From NCBI RefSeq assembly GCF_023715725.1, contig NZ_JAMBOT010000005.1, forward strand, positions 316,538 through 380,537: 64,000 nt of DNA, read 5' to 3'. The notes beneath the pieces are model-generated. The model was given only the letters and a program-made list of their open reading frames with translations, was not told the DNA's origin and searched no databases. This DNA comes from Paenibacillus pasadenensis (lineage in GTDB: Bacteria > Bacillota > Bacilli > Paenibacillales > Paenibacillaceae). The position numbers and the translations under genes are program-made. Of the stretch, positions 19,497 to 28,628 are shown in pieces (within the stretch, counting starts at the first letter, position 1; every line of letters begins with the position of its first letter).

Positions 19497-20711
19497 ATGG
19501 CGTTACTGCTAAAAAATCGGGGAGCTTTGCTTATCCTGATGTTTAATTTATTGCTAGTTTTTACGGGGATAGGGCTTATTATCCCCATCATGCCGAGGTT
19601 TATGGAAACGCTTGGAATTACAGGCGGGATTGTCGGTCTGCTTGTCGCTGCTTTCTCTCTGACGCAGCTTCTGTTCTCGCCCCTTGCCGGACGTCTGTCG
19701 GATAAATTCGGCAGAAAAAAGATGATCGTTATAGGCATGGTCGTATTTGCCGGATCCGAAGCGCTGTTTGGGGTCGCTACATCGTCCACTCTGCTGTTTG
19801 TGGCGAGGTTGCTGGGAGGTATTAGCGCTGCCATGATTATGCCGGCGGTAATGGCTTATGCGGCGGACGTCACGACAAAAGCAGAGCGCGCAAAAGGGAT
19901 GGGTTTTATAAACGCGGCAATTACAACCGGTTTTATTATCGGTCCAGGCATTGGCGGCTATATTGCCGAATTCGGGATTCGGGTGCCGTTTTACGCTGCG
20001 GCCGTAGCGGGACTTGTTGCAGCTCTCATTAATCTAGTCAGTCTGAAGGAGTCTAAACCGGTAGAGGAAGAGGAGGAGTTTGTGGCTGCTCCGGTTTCAA
20101 AGAAGGGGCAAAGCGGCATTCTCAGCCAACTGAAGCATTCTTATCGCGAGCCTTATTTCCTAAGCCTGATCATTGTATTTGTGCTATCCTTTGGACTTGC
20201 TAATTTTGAAACGGTATTCGGGCTGTTCGTGGATCATAAGTTCGGTTACGAGCCTAAGGATATTGCTTTTATTATTACGTTCGGCTCGATTGCCGGCGCG
20301 GTTGTCCAAGTAACGGTGTTTAGCTGGATTTTGCAGCAGTTTGGAGAGCGGCGCGTCATCTCGGCCTGCCTGCTTGTTGCCGGAGTGTTCATTTTCCTGA
20401 CGCTGTTTGTCCATCAGTTCTGGATGGTGTTTGCCGTCACATTTATTGTGTTCCTTGCGATCGATATTTTGCGTCCGGCAATCGGTACGCAAATGTCGAT
20501 GGTGGCGAAGGATCAGCAAGGGTACGTTGCGGGATTGAATTCAGCCTTCACCAGTCTTGGCAATATTGCAGGACCAATTATTGCGGGATTCCTGTTTGAT
20601 TATAATATCAATTACCCGTACGCGCTGGCGGCTGTTGTATTGCTGCTGAGCTTTGTGTTAACTCTGCGGGAGAACAAGCGCAGCCATCAGGGAGCGCGGA
20701 CAGCTTCATAA
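19497..20711 (+). CDS. MFS transporter (12-TM, Tet/Bmr-type multidrug efflux-like)
   Basis: GRLSDKFGRKKM motif and 12 hydrophobic segments. Downstream of the TetR gene. Confidence 0.85.
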   Translation: MALLLKNRGALLILMFNLLLVFTGIGLIIPIMPRFMETLGITGGIVGLLVAAFSLTQLLFSPLAGRLSDKFGRKKMIVIGMVVFAGSEALFGVATSSTLLFVARLLGGISAAMIMPAVMAYAADVTTKAERAKGMGFINAAITTGFIIGPGIGGYIAEFGIRVPFYAAAVAGLVAALINLVSLKESKPVEEEEEFVAAPVSKKGQSGILSQLKHSYREPYFLSLIIVFVLSFGLANFETVFGLFVDHKFGYEPKDIAFIITFGSIAGAVVQVTVFSWILQQFGERRVISACLLVAGVFIFLTLFVHQFWMVFAVTFIVFLAIDILRPAIGTQMSMVAKDQQGYVAGLNSAFTSLGNIAGPIIAGFLFDYNINYPYALAAVVLLLSFVLTLRENKRSHQGARTAS

Positions 20712-20719
20712 ACTATTGT

Positions 20720-21604
20720 CTAACTATCGGATTCTTCCCTCCGGTAAGCAGCAGGGGTTGAGCCCGTCAAGCTTTTGAAAATCCGGTGAAAATGCGGAAT
20801 GCTCGAAAACCCGCAAGCCTCGGCGATTCCGGCAATGCTCTCGTCGGATTCCAGCAGCATGGATTTGGCTTGAATAATCCGTTTAGCATTTACGTAATCT
20901 GTTACATTCATTCCGGTAAATTGCTTAAACACACGCGAAAAATGCGAAGGCGAAACCGATGCGTCTCCGGCAAAATCGGCCAGGCTGTGAGGCAGCCAAG
21001 GCTGGGCGTCAATATCGTGCAGGGCTCTCTTGATCCAGGAGGGCCCTATTCGTTTATCCGCCTTACCGCTTGCAAAATGCAGGGCAAGATAACGGTTCAA
21101 ATATAACAGCAGCTTGCCCAGCTCAAGCCGGATGGAGGTCCGGTAGCCGTCGGGCCGTTTGTTCTGTTCCTCATTCATAAGAGCAAGAGCAGCTTCTATG
21201 ACGGAATGTTCAATTGGCGGCAGCTCAAATTTGTAATGCTTCTGTCTGCGAGCGCTGTCAAAACATTGCAGGGGAGAGTAAGAATCATCGTAAAGATCCG
21301 CTGAAGCAAAGGCCGGAGCAAAAAACACCGCCGTGGAAATAATCGGATTCAGCTCGTCAGGCAGGGAGCGATGAACCGTATTTCCGGGAATGATAAACAG
21401 ATCGCCGCTTTTTTTCTCATACACGGAGTTGTCGATAAAAAAACGGCCTGCCCCTTGATGGATGTAGACCAGCTCATAATGCTCGTGAAGATGGTCGGGC
21501 AGCTCGTCCTCGGGATGTTTGACATGCTGATGATGAATATGGAATGGGAACAGCGGGTCTCCCAGAAAAGGTTTGCGGAAAGGCTTCATTCGATTGGCCT
21601 CCAA
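20720..21604 (-). CDS. AraC family transcriptional regulator (cupin plus HTH)
   Basis: C-terminal AraC HTH (…IAGIAEACGFSSIPHFHRIFK…). Divergent from the catabolic operon starting at 21719. Confidence 0.85.
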   Translation of the reverse strand: MEANRMKPFRKPFLGDPLFPFHIHHQHVKHPEDELPDHLHEHYELVYIHQGAGRFFIDNSVYEKKSGDLFIIPGNTVHRSLPDELNPIISTAVFFAPAFASADLYDDSYSPLQCFDSARRQKHYKFELPPIEHSVIEAALALMNEEQNKRPDGYRTSIRLELGKLLLYLNRYLALHFASGKADKRIGPSWIKRALHDIDAQPWLPHSLADFAGDASVSPSHFSRVFKQFTGMNVTDYVNAKRIIQAKSMLLESDESIAGIAEACGFSSIPHFHRIFKSLTGSTPAAYRREESDS

Positions 21605-21718
21605 TAGTTAAGTGCTTTAGTTTCATGATATCAAAATACAGTACATAAATGAAGATATGGATCATATCATTGTCGATTTTGATTATTTATAATAAAGGAA
21701 AGCAAAGGAGGAATCGAC

Positions 21719-22552
21719 ATGCGCATCGACTCTCATCAGCATTACTGGCGAATCGAACGAGGCGACTACGGCTGGATTACGCCGGAGATCCCCGTCCTGT
21801 ACCGGGACTTCCTGCCGGAGGATCTGGCGCCTTATTTAATAAAACATGAGCTGGACGGCACAATCGCCGTACAGGCTGCCCCTACATTAGAAGAAACGGA
21901 ATATTTGTTTACGCTCGCGGATCAGCCTGATTCCCGCATTCTTGGTGTTGTCGGCTGGCTCGATCTGGCCGATCCCGAACATAAAACGCATTTTGAGCGC
22001 TTTAAACGGCATCCCAAGTTTAAAGGCTTCCGGATTATGATTCAGGAAATGCCGGATTCCTCGCGGATACTGGCTCCTGATTTTGTGGAAGCGCTGAAAG
22101 GTTACGCGGAAGAGGACGTTCCCGTTGACCTGCTGCTCGTCTCCCGCCAGCTGACGCATACCGTTCAACTGCTGGAGCAGACGCCGGGTCTGCGCGGCGT
22201 TATTGATCATATTGCCAAGCCGGATGTCAAAAACGGTGAAATGGACGCTTGGCTTCAATCTATGACGCAAATTGCCAAACATCCGAACATCTACTGCAAG
22301 CTGTCCGGCATGGTGACGGAAGGCGATCACGCCAGTTGGAATAGGGAAGATTTTGCGCCTTATATCCGCCATGTGCTGGAGCTGTTCGGTCCGGACCGCG
22401 TCATGTTCGGCAGCGATTGGCCCGTATGTCTGCTGGCGGCAGAATACGATGAAGTGATGTCGGTGCTGCTGGAATCGCTGCCGGACGGTTGGGGCGAAGC
22501 CGAGCGGGCCAAGCTTTTTGGCTTAAATGCAAAGGAGTTCTATAAGTTATGA
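21719..22552 (+). CDS. Amidohydrolase-2 (PF04909) family hydrolase, lactonase/decarboxylase-like
   Basis: MRIDSHQHYW N-terminus is typical of the amidohydrolase-2 metal-dependent TIM barrel. Confidence 0.7.
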   Translation: MRIDSHQHYWRIERGDYGWITPEIPVLYRDFLPEDLAPYLIKHELDGTIAVQAAPTLEETEYLFTLADQPDSRILGVVGWLDLADPEHKTHFERFKRHPKFKGFRIMIQEMPDSSRILAPDFVEALKGYAEEDVPVDLLLVSRQLTHTVQLLEQTPGLRGVIDHIAKPDVKNGEMDAWLQSMTQIAKHPNIYCKLSGMVTEGDHASWNREDFAPYIRHVLELFGPDRVMFGSDWPVCLLAAEYDEVMSVLLESLPDGWGEAERAKLFGLNAKEFYKL

Positions 22553-24045
22553 GTACTTCGCTTAACCGCTCGGCGCTGGATGAGCAGGGCAGAAGCAGAC
22601 TGGATGCGGCAAAAGCGGCGCCGGTGACGATGCTGCAGATCGGCGAAGGCAATTTTCTGCGCGGCTTCGCGGACTGGATGATTCAGACCTGCCGCGATCA
22701 GGGACTGTTTGCGGGAAGCATCGCAGTGACGCAGCCGCGGCCGTCCGGCAGGAGTAAAATCGAACGTCTTGCAGCTCAGGACGGTCTGTATACGCTGGTC
22801 ACGCAAGGACTGGAAAATGGGACTCCGGTCAGCCGGAGGGAGACGATCGCGGTGTTTGCCGAGGCGTTTGATCCTTACTCCGAGTGGCAGCGCCTCATTG
22901 ATCTTGCGGTAAGCCCGGAGCTGCGCTTTATTATCTCCAATACAACCGAGGCGGGGCTCGTTTACCGTCCGGAAAAACTGACTGCAGCAGAACCGGTCCA
23001 GTCCTATCCCGGAAAAGTCGCTTATTTATTGTACGAGCGTTATAAAACGTTCCAAGGCGACTCCGAAAAAGGGCTGATTTTGCTGCCATGCGAGCTGCTG
23101 GAACGGAACGGCGACACGCTGCGCAGCGCCGTGCTGCAATACGCCAAGGACTGGTCTTTTCCGGCTGCTTTTATGGAATGGGTCAAGCAGCATAACCGGT
23201 TTCTCAACTCCCTCGTCGACCGCATTGTGACCGGATACCCGGCGGAGTCGCAGGCGGAGGCCTGGTTCGACGAATGGGGCTACCGTGACGCTATGCTCGT
23301 GACTGCAGAGCCTTATCATCTGTGGGCGATTGAGGCCGAGCCGGAGCTGGAGCAGCTTTTGCCGCTGCGCAGCGCGGGGCTGAACGTGTTTTGGACGGAT
23401 GATTTAAAGCCGTTTCAGCAGCGGAAGGTACGGATTTTAAACGGAGCGCATACGTGGATGGCACCGCTTGGAATTCTGCATGGCGTTGAGCATGTAAGAG
23501 GATTGCTCCAGCATCCCGGGCTTGGCGTAATGGTACGCAAGACCGTGATGAACGATATTTTGCCGACGCTGCCTTATGAGGAGCGGGAGCTGCAGGTCTA
23601 TGCGGAAAGCGTGTTTGACCGCTTCGGCAATCCTTACATTAACCATCGTCTCGCGGATATCGCGATGAACTCCATTAGCAAGTTCAAAGTACGCTTGCTG
23701 CCTTCGCTTGCTTTTTACGCCGAATCGGACCGGGAAGTACCGTCAAGCTTAACGTTGGGCTTGGCCGCTCTGCTTCGTTATTACAAGGTTGTCAACGATG
23801 GGCAATTCGCAGGTGTAACGCTGGCAGGAGCGCGTTATGAGGTTCGGGATGATCCTGCCGCGCTGGAGCGGATGAGGGCGCACTGGGCAAAAGCCGAATC
23901 GGCGAAGGAAAGCTTGGCCGATACCGTGGAGCGAATTTTATCCGATACGGAGCTATGGAGCGCGGATTTGACCCGCTGGGGCCGGTTAGCCGCAACCGTT
24001 GCATTACAGATGGAAGCGTTGGAAAGAGGTGCGGTAAATGAATGA
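22549..24045 (+). CDS. uxaB: Altronate oxidoreductase / tagaturonate reductase (mannitol dehydrogenase family)
   Basis: Long-chain mannitol-DH family. N-terminal Rossmann region (MLQIGEGNFLRGF). Size and operon context with uxaA. Confidence 0.75.
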   Translation: MSTSLNRSALDEQGRSRLDAAKAAPVTMLQIGEGNFLRGFADWMIQTCRDQGLFAGSIAVTQPRPSGRSKIERLAAQDGLYTLVTQGLENGTPVSRRETIAVFAEAFDPYSEWQRLIDLAVSPELRFIISNTTEAGLVYRPEKLTAAEPVQSYPGKVAYLLYERYKTFQGDSEKGLILLPCELLERNGDTLRSAVLQYAKDWSFPAAFMEWVKQHNRFLNSLVDRIVTGYPAESQAEAWFDEWGYRDAMLVTAEPYHLWAIEAEPELEQLLPLRSAGLNVFWTDDLKPFQQRKVRILNGAHTWMAPLGILHGVEHVRGLLQHPGLGVMVRKTVMNDILPTLPYEERELQVYAESVFDRFGNPYINHRLADIAMNSISKFKVRLLPSLAFYAESDREVPSSLTLGLAALLRYYKVVNDGQFAGVTLAGARYEVRDDPAALERMRAHWAKAESAKESLADTVERILSDTELWSADLTRWGRLAATVALQMEALERGAVNE

Positions 24046-25534
24046 TTGGATTCGGCTGTCTGCTGAGGACGGAGTCGTCATCGCTTTGCGCGCTGTCTCC
24101 TTGGGTGAAAAAATCTCGCTTGAGGACGGGCGGGAGCTGACGGTCCGGGATGACGTTCCAAAAGGCCATAAAATATTGACTGAACCTGTCGCGGCGGGAG
24201 AGGACGTTTTAAAGTTCGGCTACTCCATCGGTAAAGCCAAAACCGATCTTGAGCCCGGCGTTTGGGTGCATACTCATAATTTGCGGACGGGCCTCGGCGC
24301 TATTTTGGACTACAGCTACGATTCTTCCGCAGAGCGCCGCCAGGAGACATCCGGCGACGATGTTCCGACATTTCAAGGCTTCGTTCGGCCAAACGGCGAG
24401 GTTGGCATCCGCAATGAAATTTGGATTATTAACACGGTCGGCTGCATTAACAAAACCTGCGAGATTTTGGCCAAACGCGGCAGCTCTCAGGCGGGCGGAC
24501 GAGTGGACAGCGTCGTTCATTTCGCTCATCCGTTTGGCTGCTCCCAGCTCGGCGACGATCTGCAATTTACGCAAAAGCTGCTCGGCTCGCTTGTTAATCA
24601 TCCAAACGCCGCCGGCGTGCTTGTTGTCGGTCTCGGCTGTGAAAACAACGGCATCGAGCCCTTTAAAGGAGCGATCGGCCCCTACGACGAGCGCCGCGTG
24701 AAGTTCATGAGCGCCCAGTCCGAGGAGGATGAGCTGGAAAAAGGCCTTCAGCTGATCGAGGAGCTGACCGAGTACGCGGAAAGCTTCAAGCGCGAGCCGG
24801 TTCCGCTGTCCAAGCTGAAAATCGGCCTGAAATGCGGCGGCTCCGACGGCTTTTCCGGTATCACGGCCAATCCGCTCGTCGGCACGATTTCCGATACGCT
24901 TGTTGCTGCCGGAGGAACGGCTATTTTGACCGAGGTGCCGGAAATGTTCGGGGCGGAAACGATTTTGATGGAGCGCGCCGTTAACGAAGCCGTGTTTGGA
25001 GACATCGTTTCGCTCGTCAACGATTTTAAGCAATATTTTATCCGCCATGGACAGGAAATCTACGAAAACCCGTCTCCCGGCAACAAAGACGGCGGCATCA
25101 GCACGCTGGAGGAGAAGTCGCTCGGCTGCACGCAAAAGGGCGGCAAATCGCTTGTGACCGACGTCGTCAAATACGGCGAGCGCGTCAGCAAAACCGGCCT
25201 CAACCTGCTGGAAGCGCCAGGAAACGATCTTGTTTCCGTTACGGCTTTGTCGGCTGCGGGCGCACATATCGTGCTGTTTACGACCGGCCGGGGAACGCCG
25301 TTTGGAGGACCGGTGCCAACGGTCAAAATTTCGACCAACTCCGATTTGGCCCGCCATAAGAAAAACTGGATCGATTACAACGCCGGACAGCTGCTGGAGG
25401 GCATGTCAATGCCGGAGATGAGCCGGGATCTGATGGCTTACCTGATCCGGCTGGCTTCGGGCGAGCTGGAAACGAACAACGAACGGAACGGTTTCAGGGA
25501 AATTGCAATCTTTAAGGACGGAGTGATCCTTTAA
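24038..25534 (+). CDS. uxaA: Altronate dehydratase (SAF domain plus D-galactarate dehydratase/altronate hydrolase C-terminus)
   Basis: N-terminal SAF domain (…VPKGHKILTEPVAAGEDVLKFGYSIGKA…) and UxaA-family C-terminal region. Confidence 0.8.
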   Translation: MNDWIRLSAEDGVVIALRAVSLGEKISLEDGRELTVRDDVPKGHKILTEPVAAGEDVLKFGYSIGKAKTDLEPGVWVHTHNLRTGLGAILDYSYDSSAERRQETSGDDVPTFQGFVRPNGEVGIRNEIWIINTVGCINKTCEILAKRGSSQAGGRVDSVVHFAHPFGCSQLGDDLQFTQKLLGSLVNHPNAAGVLVVGLGCENNGIEPFKGAIGPYDERRVKFMSAQSEEDELEKGLQLIEELTEYAESFKREPVPLSKLKIGLKCGGSDGFSGITANPLVGTISDTLVAAGGTAILTEVPEMFGAETILMERAVNEAVFGDIVSLVNDFKQYFIRHGQEIYENPSPGNKDGGISTLEEKSLGCTQKGGKSLVTDVVKYGERVSKTGLNLLEAPGNDLVSVTALSAAGAHIVLFTTGRGTPFGGPVPTVKISTNSDLARHKKNWIDYNAGQLLEGMSMPEMSRDLMAYLIRLASGELETNNERNGFREIAIFKDGVIL

Positions 25535-25535
25535 T

Positions 25536-26495
25536 ATGAAGTATCGCAAATTAGGCCGCACCGGCCTCGACGTATCTGTGCTTAGCTTCGGCGCGTCGTC
25601 GCTCGGCTCTGTATTTCGCCAGACGGATGACAAGGAAGCCATTATGACCGTACATGCGGCAGTGGATTCCGGTATCAATCTGATCGACGTTTCCCCTTAT
25701 TACGGTTTAACGAAGGCGGAGACGGTGCTAGGCAAAGCGCTTCAGGAAATTCCGCGCGACAAGTTCCTGCTTTCGACCAAGGCAGGACGTTACGGGGCGG
25801 ATGACTTCGACTTCTCGGCGCAAAAAATCCGCAGCAGCGTTGAGGAAAGCCTGGCGCGTCTGCATACGGATTATTTGGACATTCTTTTCCTGCATGATAT
25901 TGAGTTTGTTCCGGCGCAGATCATCATTGAGGAAGCTGTTCCAACGCTGCACAAGCTGCAGCAGGAAGGCAAAATCCGCTTTACGGGGATTTGCGGACTG
26001 CCGCTGGAGCTGTTTGAATTTATGCTGCCTAAGGTTGATGTCGACGCGATTATTTCGTACTGCCATTATTCCTTGAACGATACTTCGCTGCTGAATCTGC
26101 TTCCGCTGCTGGAGTCCAAAGGCACGGGTCTGGTTAATGCATCCCCGTTGTCTATGGGACTGTTGGGTACAAGAGGGGCGCCCGACTGGCATCCGGCCAG
26201 CGGCCGGCTGAAGGCGGCTTGCCTGGAGGCAGCCAAGCTCTGCGAAGCTGCCGGCGAGGACATTGCCAAGCTTGCTGTTCAGTTCTCGACGTCGAATGAG
26301 CGCATTCCGACAACGCTCGTCAGCACGGCTAACCCGTCCAACATCGTGAAAAACGCGCTGTGGGTCGACGAGCCGATGGACAAAAGGCTGCTCGCAGCCG
26401 TTCAGGAAAAGCTTGCGCCGGTTATGAACGAGACCTGGACAAGCGGCAGACCGGAGTACAACACTAAAATTAATCCGAACGAAAGCGGGCGTTAA
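25536..26495 (+). CDS. Aldo/keto reductase family oxidoreductase
   Basis: MKYRKLGRTGLDVSVLSFGASSLG is an AKR N-terminal signature. Confidence 0.8.
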   Translation: MKYRKLGRTGLDVSVLSFGASSLGSVFRQTDDKEAIMTVHAAVDSGINLIDVSPYYGLTKAETVLGKALQEIPRDKFLLSTKAGRYGADDFDFSAQKIRSSVEESLARLHTDYLDILFLHDIEFVPAQIIIEEAVPTLHKLQQEGKIRFTGICGLPLELFEFMLPKVDVDAIISYCHYSLNDTSLLNLLPLLESKGTGLVNASPLSMGLLGTRGAPDWHPASGRLKAACLEAAKLCEAAGEDIAKLAVQFSTSNERIPTTLVSTANPSNIVKNALWVDEPMDKRLLAAVQEKLAPVMNETWTSGRPEYNTKINPNESGR

Positions 26496-26499
26496 ATCA

Positions 26500-27513
26500 A
26501 TGAAGGGCATTGTATGCGAAGCGGTTGAATCGTTCAAGTACCGCGATGATTTGCCGGAGCCGGAGCTTGGAGCAGGAGAAGCGATCGTGCAAATTCGCAG
26601 AGTTGGTATTTGCGGTACGGACTTGCATGCGTTTAAAGGCAATCAGCCTTTCTTTTCTTATCCTCGCGTTCTGGGGCATGAGCTGTCGGGCACTGTTGTG
26701 CAGGCAGCGGACGGAACCGGCCTGCAGGCTGGAGACCAGGTAGCGGTCATTCCATACTTGCACTGCGGCGAATGTATTGCTTGCCGGAGCGGCAAAACGA
26801 ACTGCTGCACGTCGATGAAGGTGCTCGGCGTTCATGTGGATGGCGGAATGCGGGAGCGGATTGCCGTTCCGGCTACGCATCTGATCCGTACGGCGGGCCT
26901 ATCGCTTGACGAATCGGCCATGCTGGAGCCGCTGGCGATCGGCGCTCATGCCGTGCGCCGCTCCCGTGTGACAAAAGGCGAGACCGTGCTTGTCATTGGC
27001 GCAGGTCCGATCGGACTTGGCGTTATGGCTTTTGCTAAATATGCGGGGGCACGGGTTATCGCAATGGACGTTAATGAGGAGCGGCTGGCGTTTTGCCGCT
27101 CTTGGGCTGCCGTTGACGGCACGGTCAATGCGCTGGAAGGGGCTGTCGAGCAGCTGGAGCAGCTGACGAGCGGCGACTATCCGACGATTGTGTTTGACGC
27201 GACAGGCAACGCCAAGTCGATGGAAGCGGCTTTCCGTTACGTCGCTCACGGCGGAACGCTCGTATACGTCGGCCTCGTGAAAAACGATCTTTCGTTCAGC
27301 GACACCGAGTTTCATAAGCGGGAAATGACGCTGATGGGCAGCCGGAACGCAACCAAGGCTGATTTTGACCATGTGCTTGAGGTGCTGAAAAGCGGAAGCA
27401 TCGATATCGGGCGTTATGTGACGCATCGCTCTTCGTTTGAACAGATGGCCGGCCAGTTCGACACCTGGCTTAACCCGGCTTCAAAGGTAATTAAGGCCGT
27501 TGTAGAGCTCTAA
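26500..27513 (+). CDS. Zinc-dependent medium-chain alcohol/polyol dehydrogenase
   Basis: GHELSGTVV and CGECIACRSG Zn-binding motifs. Rossmann GxGxxG (VIGAGPIGLG). Confidence 0.8.
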   Translation: MKGIVCEAVESFKYRDDLPEPELGAGEAIVQIRRVGICGTDLHAFKGNQPFFSYPRVLGHELSGTVVQAADGTGLQAGDQVAVIPYLHCGECIACRSGKTNCCTSMKVLGVHVDGGMRERIAVPATHLIRTAGLSLDESAMLEPLAIGAHAVRRSRVTKGETVLVIGAGPIGLGVMAFAKYAGARVIAMDVNEERLAFCRSWAAVDGTVNALEGAVEQLEQLTSGDYPTIVFDATGNAKSMEAAFRYVAHGGTLVYVGLVKNDLSFSDTEFHKREMTLMGSRNATKADFDHVLEVLKSGSIDIGRYVTHRSSFEQMAGQFDTWLNPASKVIKAVVEL

Positions 27514-27678
27514 TGAGCTAGTGAAAGATTTGCTCGCCAAAGGTCGGCCCTCCGGTCGCTCGCTATTGATTAATTGATTCGTACCGTTTGATAACGGTAG
27601 AATCCGATGGTTAAATGCGGACGTTTATGGGGCGCGGCTTTTGGCTTTTTTTGCAGCCCGCAGCTGCTGGCTTGCTTC

Positions 27679-27890
27679 TAACGCAACTGGAAAGGCTTAT
27701 TCGAGAGATTTAAGCCCTTTTTGGAATGTAACGCAACTGAGCCGTCTTATTGGGGCATTTAAGTGCCTTATTGCCTCAAAAGTCGCGCTATAACGCTTCT
27801 AAGTTGCGTTAGGTTTTCAAAAGTGGCCAAAAGAGACGAATACCGCTTCTCAGTTGTGTTAGGTTTTGGTAATAGTATCGTTTATGGATT
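27679..27890. repeat. Four degenerate ~50-bp units (two TAACGCAACTG… direct repeats and two TA(A/C)CGCTTCT(A/C)AGTTG(C/T)GTTAGGTTTT units with internal dyad symmetry)
   Basis: Units begin near 27679, 27729, 27791 and 27841. The third contains the palindrome TAACGC…GCGTTA. Intergenic and lower GC than surroundings. Confidence 0.5.
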
Positions 27891-27997
27891 CCCCGCCCGT
27901 GGGAAGTTCGTGAACGATAGCAAAGGGCTTTGGCGGCAGTTATAGGGAGAGGCGGGTTCCGCTTTAGGAACGAGCTATTAGTGCTGCGGCCATGCAC

Positions 27998-28041
27998 ATA
28001 AATAAACTCATAAGTTCATTGAAACTTATGAGTTTATTTAT
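27998..28041. promoter_or_regulatory. Perfect 19-bp inverted repeat (ATAAATAAACTCATAAGTT-cattga-AACTTATGAGTTTATTTAT) immediately upstream of the 28080 gene
   Basis: Perfect dyad symmetry with a 6-nt spacer. Ends about 10 nt before RBS GGAAGGAG. A TATACT -10-like hexamer overlaps the right arm. Either an operator or an RNA hairpin. Confidence 0.55.
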
Positions 28042-28079
28042 TATACTATTGGAAGGAGACACAAGGGGGGGCTGCGTCG

Positions 28080-28565
28080 ATGGAAGAGATGTTAAGAGAG
28101 CTCATTGGTGTTGTCAAAGGCATGAATGGCCGTTTTGATGAAATGGACCGTCGGTTTGACACCGTAGACAAACGCCTGGACAATGTAGACAAACGCCTGG
28201 AGGATGTAGACAAGCGCCTGGAGGATGTAGACAAACGACTGGACAATGTAGACAAACGCCTGGAGGATGTAGACAAGCGCCTGGAGGATGTAGACAAACG
28301 ACTGGACAATGTAGACAAACGTCTGGAGGATGTAGACAAGCGCCTGGACAATGTAGACAGACGCTTGGACAATATGGACAAGCGGTTTGAAGTTGTGGAA
28401 GGCCGCCTTGCAACTCTGGAAACGAATCAAGAGGAAGGCTTCCGCCAGACGAATGAAAGATTGGATCGGATTGAAAAGCGCCTTGATCTGACATTCGACC
28501 AGGTTACAGCCACAACGGAGGATGTAACCGATTTGAAAATCCATCTACGTGCGGCTGGACGCTAG
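28080..28565 (+). CDS. Heptad-repeat coiled-coil protein (13 consecutive V/M-D-K/R-R-L/F-E/D-N/D/V heptads), no TM segment and no signal peptide
   Basis: RBS GGAAGGAG lies 8 nt before ATG. The protein MEEMLRELIGV…(VDKRLED/N)n…LETNQEEGFRQTNERLDRIEKRLDLTF is strongly charged and predicted to be an alpha-helical coiled coil. Confidence 0.65.
   Translation: MEEMLRELIGVVKGMNGRFDEMDRRFDTVDKRLDNVDKRLEDVDKRLEDVDKRLDNVDKRLEDVDKRLEDVDKRLDNVDKRLEDVDKRLDNVDRRLDNMDKRFEVVEGRLATLETNQEEGFRQTNERLDRIEKRLDLTFDQVTATTEDVTDLKIHLRAAGR
28143..28415 (+). repeat. Thirteen tandem 21-bp repeats (GTAGACAAACGCCTGGA(C/G)(A/G)AT-like) inside the coiled-coil CDS
   Basis: Each repeat encodes one heptad. The nucleotide repeats are near-identical, so the array is prone to slipped-strand expansion or contraction. 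Confidence 0.8.
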
Positions 28566-28628
28566 TCAAGACCTGTAATCAGACCAGAGGAATCCGTCGA
28601 GATAATGTTGTAGGTTAACTCATCCATT

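Noticed and set aside
24209-25357. 382-aa antisense ORF opposite uxaA
   Set aside because: Low-complexity Arg/Ala-rich product. The sense strand encodes a well-conserved altronate dehydratase.
27514-27680. Rho-independent terminator after the Zn-ADH gene
   Set aside because: Only short, imperfect hairpins (TACCGTT-TGAT-AACGGTA; a GC-rich stretch with a T7 run but no clean stem). Not confident enough to annotate.
27763-27945. 60-aa plus-strand ORF inside the ~50-bp repeat region
   Set aside because: No RBS, spans repeat units, and has no coding-like composition.
28046-28544. Minus-strand ORFs (111 aa, 150 aa, 126 aa) inside the heptad-repeat gene
   Set aside because: They are mirror-image artefacts of the 21-bp repeats (for example LSTSSRRLSTLSSR…). 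The plus-strand ORF has an RBS and a clean start and stop.
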